From: an uncultured Spirochaetota bacterium
GTDB lineage: Bacteria; Spirochaetota; Brevinematia; Brevinematales; JAOACQ01
Length of the DNA stretch: 64,000 nucleotides
Direction of reading: 5' to 3'
NCBI GenBank assembly: GCA_963835575.1
Contig: CAWIGG010000006.1
Span: 32,001 to 96,000 of the forward strand
In this document: positions 58,084-64,000 of the stretch, piece after piece
Position numbering within the stretch: position 1 is the first letter of the stretch
Layout of the letters: each line of letters starts with the position of its first letter
The notes under the pieces: generated by a model
What the model was told of the DNA's origin: nothing
What the model saw: only the letters and a program-made list of their open reading frames with translations
The model's database searches: none
Made by a program: the position numbers and the translations under genes

Positions 58084-58321
58084 GGAACCACAGATTTCAC
58101 AGATAGCACAGATTATATTTTTGAAATAGTGAAAGCAAGTTCGCGATGAGTTTCTTGGCAATATTGACTAGGATGAAACTTAATTCAGAATAGGAACCAT
58201 TGAAGGAAATTCAGTTTACTGATTTAATTTGGGTAAATGTTAATAAATTCAAATTATTCTACTATAATTCCATATGGATTTCACAGAAAGTATCTGTGAA
58301 ATCAGTGTAATCTGTGGTTCC
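58084..58321. repeat. GxxExxY-associated-type inverted-arm element, homolog of 56524-56941
   Basis: GGAACCACAGATTTCACAGATAGCACAGATT ... ATCTGTGAAATCAGTGTAATCTGTGGTTCC. Confidence 0.85.
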
Positions 58322-58435
58322 AGCCCGTAAGATTGAATTTCCTGGATAGTAAAAAGGCAGAGTTTTTTTGAATGCCTTTTGATTGCCCTCGTTTATAAAG
58401 GCTGGAGCCGTAAGCCCCAGCCCTTTTAATATTTT

Positions 58436-59286
58436 CTATTGTTCGGCCAATTCCACACGGCGGTTTTTCGCGCGGCCTTCTTCGGTCTGGTTTGAGGCCG
58501 CCGGGGAAACCGGTCCGGCCCCGAAAGCCTGAAGGCGGGCAGCGGCGATTTTGTATGTGCTGACCAGCGCCTTGACCACAGCTTCCGCCCGGTCCTTTGA
58601 CAGTTTAATGTTATATTCAAAAGTTCCTTCATTATCGGTATGGCCAACCACATAAAGCTTTAGTTTGGGATCTGCCTGAAGCAGTTTGGCGCTCTCTTTT
58701 AAAGAAGGTTCCGATTCAGGTTTAATCACGGCCTTGCCGGTATCAAAATAAATGCCGTATACCGCGCGGCCTTGCCTGTTTCCTTGATATTCTGGGCCAG
58801 GCTGTTCGCGTCAGCCGTGACATCCTGCACCATGGCCTGCTTTTCGATGATCGTGAGCTCATAAATGCCGTTCGACCCCGCACGCACATATACCCACACC
58901 TCTGCGCCGTTTTTGACCACTTTCAGCGTCACATCCGCCTCGGGATCCTGCCATTGATAAACGACTTTTCCGCCGATCGCCTTGACTGCGTTGATATAAT
59001 TACGGATGATCTGAAGAGGGCTGGGCTGCTGGGCGCCTGATTTTAAATAATACTGAATGAAATAACGATGGCCTTCCACTGTCTGTGTTTTCCCGGAGCC
59101 GGTTTGAAAATCATATTTGTCAAATTCAATATCATCATAGCGGGAAATAAAAAAACCGGGTATGCGGTTGAATAACGCCGGGTCCTTGCTGCCCTCTTTA
59201 TCATCAGGGTCGGCGGCCGCAAAAAGGCTTCCGGATAACAGGAACAGTGTTAATAAAGAAAAAAAGATTCCGATTAGTTTCTTCAT
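58436..59286 (-). pseudogene. OmpA-family protein (DUF4892-like N-terminus), frameshifted near 58765
   Basis: Removing 2 nt from GCCGCGCGGTA gives GKAAVYGIYFDTGKAVIKPES joined to VGHTDN...RA..V...NRRVE. Confidence 0.82.
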
Positions 59287-59538
59287 ATAAAAACCTCCTT
59301 AGATATTTAAACAGGCAGGGGCTGTTCAGTAAATGGAGTAATTAAAAACTGTCAGAATGCTCTCATTGGAAATAAATATAGCATTTTTATCTGGATAAAT
59401 CAAAGTTTATGAAATATCTGAGATGAAAAACCGGGATGATATTTAATCCGGGCTGACAATTAGAAATTTATATGTAAACACGGCTGATGATATCCAGCGC
59501 TTATGTGCGGGACACCTTCATATATAAGCATAAATTAT

Positions 59539-60384
59539 TCAAACCTGTTTGCTGAACTTCGATATTACCGCGGTCCCGGCTATGACCATAATAAATCCCG
59601 CGATCTGCATAGCCGTTACAAGCGGATCTGCCGAAAGCCTTTCGGAAAAAGCGAGCAGTCCGCCGATAACTGGTATTACCCCGTTGAGCACAGATTGGGT
59701 GGAAAGAACAATAATAGCGGTCCCGGTCTGAAAACCGCGCTGCATTGCCAGAAGACCCGCGATATTGACCAGTATGACAACGGGTAGATATATTGCAAAC
59801 GCTGTAAAAAAATCATTATTGCCGGCACAGGTGAGCATGGCTTTTGTGAATAAAGCGGCAATGCCCATTATCGAACCGGATACTATCCCCCAGAAGGCTT
59901 CAATCCTGATGCCTTTCAATGTTCCTGTTTTCATCAAGAAGTAAAGGATTATCAGCAGAAGAAAAAGAAAAAGATTCAGCGCCAATAACGGCGCCGGCTT
60001 AAAATCTCCCTGCCCCGCGCCGCCGGATGTGCTGATGCCGAGAATGATAATGCCGATGAGCATGCAGGCGACGGCAGCCCAGTCTGCCGGGCTGATGCGT
60101 TCATGAAGATAAAATATGCTGAAGGCCGCAAACACAAGAAATCCGAAGCCCTGAAGCGGCTGGATTATGGAGATCGGGGCATAACGCATCGAAGCAAGAT
60201 AAAAAACCCATCCAACCGTCATAAGGGCAAGGCCGGATATCCATGTGCCGTTTGTCAGGTATTTAAAGGCCGCTTTTTTGCTCTTTCCTGAAACGGCGTT
60301 TACGCCTTTCTTCTGGAAAATAATGCCTATATTGGACACGGCTGAAGCAAGCATCGAGATGATTAAAGCGATTAAAACCGGCAT
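59539..60384 (-). CDS. DMT-superfamily (NIPA-like) transporter
   Basis: QKKG, W..G..L...G, APISIIQPL, two-repeat multi-TM topology. Confidence 0.8.
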   Translation of the reverse strand: MPVLIALIISMLASAVSNIGIIFQKKGVNAVSGKSKKAAFKYLTNGTWISGLALMTVGWVFYLASMRYAPISIIQPLQGFGFLVFAAFSIFYLHERISPADWAAVACMLIGIIILGISTSGGAGQGDFKPAPLLALNLFLFLLLIILYFLMKTGTLKGIRIEAFWGIVSGSIMGIAALFTKAMLTCAGNNDFFTAFAIYLPVVILVNIAGLLAMQRGFQTGTAIIVLSTQSVLNGVIPVIGGLLAFSERLSADPLVTAMQIAGFIMVIAGTAVISKFSKQV

Positions 60385-60907
60385 ATTAGCATCCTTAACT
60401 TTTTTTATATATGTATGGAATTTTCCAGAAAACAAATTTTTATAAACGAGTTTTATTTTAAGCCTTAAAAGAAATATCGGCAAGAAAATATTCCGGGAAG
60501 AGAAATCATTCAGACACTGGGGGAGAATAAATTTTCATGCATGGATTTTTTATAAGAAGTTGCTCATCGGCAGCATTCAAGGCAAAACCCCGATTCGATC
60601 AGGGTAAACACTGAAACAAAATTTTGGGTGGCGTTGGGGAGATTTCAAGGCGGATATTCTGTAACCGGTATTGTATAAAAAAGATTATACTATTTTTGAG
60701 GTCAGAAAACCTTATGTTGAAAAAAATTGAGTTATTGTATTAACCTGCCGGATTATGGTTTGAAATTATTATAGCAATTTCTATAAGTCTTGAAGTCAGG
60801 CCGTCGGCTTTAAGACAAATTATTTTTCTAAACTCTTCACCGGTATTCAAGATTGCTTTGTTTTGAGGTATGTTTAAATAGTCACTAAAAAATATTTTTA
60901 AAAATAC

Positions 60908-60944
60908 TTGATATTTCACAGAATAGTCTGTATAATAGACTATT
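60908..60944 (+). promoter_or_regulatory. Sigma70 promoter with an inverted repeat over the -10 box
   Basis: TTGATA-17 nt-TATAAT; AATAGTCT-N7-AGACTATT at 60922-60944. Confidence 0.7.
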
Positions 60945-60993
60945 ATATATTTCATAGTGTTCTAAATAATAGAAATTATAGGAGGATTATTTT

Positions 60994-61581
60994 ATGACTG
61001 GATCAGACTTGACCTTGAAACAGGGGGAGGCCCTGGAACAGATCGCTTATTTAAAAAAGCTGACTGAGCAGACAAGGCTGCGGGCCGCGGATTGGTACCC
61101 ATACTTCCTTTTATGGGGAGTTATCTGGATAATAGGCAACGCGGCCGGTCCGTGGGTGAAGGATTGGAAATACGGTCTGTTATGGTTAGCCCTTTGCGTT
61201 GCTGGTATGGCAATTTCATTTATAATAGGATTCAGCAGGCGTGCTAATTCAAAAAAAGCTCCCCCGCTCCTTAAAAAATTAGGTCTCTTAAGCCTGACTA
61301 TAACTGCCGCCGCGGGACTGTTTTTCCCCTTTGTAATCATGGCGTTGGGTGAAAAAATCATTACCCTATACTGGCCTTTCTGGATAGGAGTCGTCTATAT
61401 TGCCAATAGTGTTTTTATCGGGAGGCAATTGGCCTGGATAGGATTATGGATTGTATTCGAAGCCGTGATTGCACTGATTATTCCTATGCCTTATTTTTAT
61501 TTCTGGCTTTCTTTGGCTGGGGGCGGATCGCTTCTGGCGACGGGATTAATCTTCAAGAAACAGGCGAAATCCCATGAATAG
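60994..61581 (+). CDS. Six-TM membrane protein
   Basis: GGAGG RBS; hydrophobic segments; overlaps the downstream HTH gene. Confidence 0.75.
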   Translation: MTGSDLTLKQGEALEQIAYLKKLTEQTRLRAADWYPYFLLWGVIWIIGNAAGPWVKDWKYGLLWLALCVAGMAISFIIGFSRRANSKKAPPLLKKLGLLSLTITAAAGLFFPFVIMALGEKIITLYWPFWIGVVYIANSVFIGRQLAWIGLWIVFEAVIALIIPMPYFYFWLSLAGGGSLLATGLIFKKQAKSHE

Positions 61582-61885
61582 CATCAAAATTCCCGATCTT
61601 GATGAAATTTTCCAGGCCAGGGCGCGCATAGGCATAATGACCATACTGGTTTCATCTGGGGATACCGATTTTACAATTCTTAAGGAGCAGTCTGGTCTGA
61701 CCGGCGGTAATTTGGGGGCGCATATCAGGGTACTTGAGGACGCGGGCTACATAGAAGTACTTAAAGGTTATGCAGGACGGCGGCCGAGGACCACCTGCCG
61801 GGTTACCTCTGCGGGGCGGGATGCCTTTTTGAAATATTTAAATCAGATTGAAGAAATTTTGAGGATTGTCAGGCCGGAACATTGA
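61574..61885 (+). CDS. Winged-helix transcriptional regulator (HTH_34/ArsR-like)
   Basis: R..IM..L, F..LK....LTGGNL..H...LE.AGY....K....RPRT....T..GR.AF. Confidence 0.88.
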   Translation: MNSIKIPDLDEIFQARARIGIMTILVSSGDTDFTILKEQSGLTGGNLGAHIRVLEDAGYIEVLKGYAGRRPRTTCRVTSAGRDAFLKYLNQIEEILRIVRPEH

Positions 61886-62061
61886 TCCATAAGACATACC
61901 GCCGGATGTTCCTGTCTGCTGGTACGGTTAAAATGCCCTAAAGGAAAAAATAAGCCGGATACCGACAAAATCGAAGTATGATTTTTTATTTGATGGTTAT
62001 TTCCATATGCTCATATAGAATTACTTACTTTTCATAATTTGTTAAAAGATAGGAGGATAAA

Positions 62062-63243
62062 ATGAACATAAAAGTAATTTTTAAAATGGTTTGCCTTTTA
62101 TTTTTCGGCGTTTTCTGTATATCGGTAATGTTTGGCGGTTCCGGCGGCAGTGAATCCGGTACGCCGGGAAAAAATCTGATTGTTGCGACAAATACCCTGG
62201 CCGTTTATCAGAAGGATTCAGCCGCACAAAATATAATTTTACCTTTTTATCCCGTCAGCTATTGTGCGGAAAAACACATCATGGCATTCTTTAAAGGCGA
62301 TCCGGATTATGAATCGGTTGAGGCGTTTATTTTTGGGAAAAAACTCGAAAATGGAAAACCTTATATCATGGCTATTATGACTTACCATGATAAGCATCAG
62401 GAAGATTATATTAATGACACAAATGTATTACATTACATTCATGGTTCAAGAAAAGAGCGGCCTCTGTTTGTTTCAGGCATGGACTGGGAATCAAAACCCA
62501 ATAATCAGGATCAGAGGTTGAAATTTAAACTGAAGGATGGTAGGGATATTGAGCTTGTTTATTTAAGTGATTATGGAGTTTCGGCTCAATATGGCGGGAT
62601 CACTGATATCGGGAAACACAGCCCTGATGGAGGGTTTCCCCTGTTCTGCAGAGATTCCAGCGGTATGGCGGGCGGTAAGAGCTATGTAATGATACAGGGT
62701 AAAAAGTATTCAATTCCGGAAGATGAAGAAAGCTCAAAAAAGCCTTTTTTTACGGGTTATAAATCTTATTTTACATGCGGCATGCATTCAATGATCCTGC
62801 CAATATTCAAACTTGTGAAAAATTTTCCGCCTTCCTTTGTTTCTGATAGTAACAGTATGGAAGAAAAATATGACGGAATATTCAGTCAAAAAATTCTTCT
62901 GGAAAAGCGGGACGGTGTAAAGGAAATTACAGAGGCTTATTTTTCAAGTCCTCAACTATCGCCAGCTGACTCAGTAAGGCTCCGGTTCAGCCCATCTTTC
63001 CCGAATCTTAAGGCAATGGAATTGAACCAAGTTTGTCCCGTTCGTTTTGATGTGTATTTCAACGGTTCTGAAAAAGAGCAGGCTTCCGGTGTAATGTTAA
63101 TCCGGAAAACGGAAGCTGATTCGGCTGTTGTCGAATTAAATCCATTAAAGCCTGAATATTTCAAAAATGATAGGCGGATGATTTATTTTCTGAAATGGGA
63201 TAATAAGGCAGTTAAAATTGAGTCTCGGATGAATAACAATTAA
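62062..63243 (+). CDS. Hypothetical exported protein
   Basis: AGGAGG RBS, N-terminal hydrophobic segment, 393-aa ORF. Confidence 0.7.
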   Translation: MNIKVIFKMVCLLFFGVFCISVMFGGSGGSESGTPGKNLIVATNTLAVYQKDSAAQNIILPFYPVSYCAEKHIMAFFKGDPDYESVEAFIFGKKLENGKPYIMAIMTYHDKHQEDYINDTNVLHYIHGSRKERPLFVSGMDWESKPNNQDQRLKFKLKDGRDIELVYLSDYGVSAQYGGITDIGKHSPDGGFPLFCRDSSGMAGGKSYVMIQGKKYSIPEDEESSKKPFFTGYKSYFTCGMHSMILPIFKLVKNFPPSFVSDSNSMEEKYDGIFSQKILLEKRDGVKEITEAYFSSPQLSPADSVRLRFSPSFPNLKAMELNQVCPVRFDVYFNGSEKEQASGVMLIRKTEADSAVVELNPLKPEYFKNDRRMIYFLKWDNKAVKIESRMNNN

Positions 63244-63452
63244 AAAGCTTCAATTCTTAAAAAATTGGTAAATAGATATGAATCCCGTAACCGTAAATTT
63301 ACTCTTTAATAAACAATAGATATTTAAAGGCGGCGGCAATGCCGCCTTTTTTATGCCAGCATATTAGCATCCTTAATCTTCAGAAGGAACATCTCCATCA
63401 GCTGGAGAAAAAATCCTGTCAGTTTTGTTTCATGGACTGGCCATGTTTTATT

Positions 63453-64000
63453 TTATTCCCCTTTCCGGGCTTCCATAAAAGCCCGGATACATGCTGTCTT
63501 AAAGCGATAGAGAGACTCAGTTGCGCCGGTGACTGCGTCCAGATGATAAACTTCCTGATCTCTCATCAGTCCGTCCTGGAGCATCCCGAATATCTCATCC
63601 GCACTCAAACCTGTCCCTGCCAGGTATGGCAGGGTCATACCATACTTCATATTGCGGTTGTACATTTCATCATTCCTTTTACTTCCATACCCGTTTGTTT
63701 CATCATAGAATACCGATTTGATCCTGCCCTGTTTTATTTCAATGATTATAACATCATCATAATACCGGCTGGTGCTCATAGTGCCTTTTTCCTGATGTTT
63801 TGCCGCCGCTTTGATTATTCCATCCCTGCAATCAGCCGGAGAAACAGGAAGCCGGTATTCCCTTACCATATCCTCAAACGTTTTACGGATATATTTCTTG
63901 GTGCCGAGAAAACCGTTGGACAGGTTCTTGTCAAAATGATCAAGGGCTTCCTTCTTCTGATCTAGTGAATATTTTTCTCCGGCAGAACAGGCTGAAAAGT
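63453..64000 (-). CDS. FMN-binding (flavinylation-motif) lipoprotein, 5'-partial
   Basis: Frame stays open to the window edge (..FSACSAGEK..); C-terminal DAVTGATES motif. Confidence 0.7.
   Translation of the reverse strand, partial: FSACSAGEKYSLDQKKEALDHFDKNLSNGFLGTKKYIRKTFEDMVREYRLPVSPADCRDGIIKAAAKHQEKGTMSTSRYYDDVIIIEIKQGRIKSVFYDETNGYGSKRNDEMYNRNMKYGMTLPYLAGTGLSADEIFGMLQDGLMRDQEVYHLDAVTGATESLYRFKTACIRAFMEARKGE

Noticed and set aside
44189..58321. CRISPR array interpretation of the CACAGA/CACGCG repeats
   Set aside because: The repeats are inverted arm pairs with degenerate subrepeats, not regularly spaced direct repeats with unique spacers; no cas genes.
60575..60625. c-di-GMP-I riboswitch-like GGCAAAACC start
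   Set aside because: Lacks the GAAA tetraloop stem and the second hairpin of that family.
63339..63965. 208-aa plus-strand ORF
   Set aside because: Antisense shadow of the FMN-binding lipoprotein gene; begins inside a terminator-like hairpin.

Overview
Bacterial chromosomal window, most likely a spirochaete: it has the periplasmic flagellar sheath gene flaA, and a Brevinematales-like placement is only an impression. It holds about 55 CDSs. Housekeeping genes: gpsA, coaX, coaD, dapF, rpsU, fabG, rlmN, pta, glyA, uppP, argS. Also cell-envelope genes, a TetR-TolC-MFP-RND efflux operon, c-di-GMP-related genes and many exported proteins. Two apparently identical 1396-bp IS256-family elements lie in opposite orientation. 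One disrupts a chagasin-type inhibitor gene with a 9-bp TSD. The other splits a BirA-like operator upstream of bioY while leaving the promoter intact. The most unusual signal is a rich set of non-coding palindromic elements. One intact GxxExxY (PD-(D/E)XK-like) gene sits between inverted arms built from ~9-11-nt subrepeats. At least five related arm pairs carry no intact gene, and three of them retain decayed GxxExxY-like codons, which suggests a GxxExxY-associated mobile cassette with MITE-like derivatives. Other REP-like families are inserted into these arms and into each other. Several single-base lesions suggest assembly errors or recent pseudogenes. No rRNA, tRNA or CRISPR array was seen. 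All calls come from reading the sequence; no database search was run.
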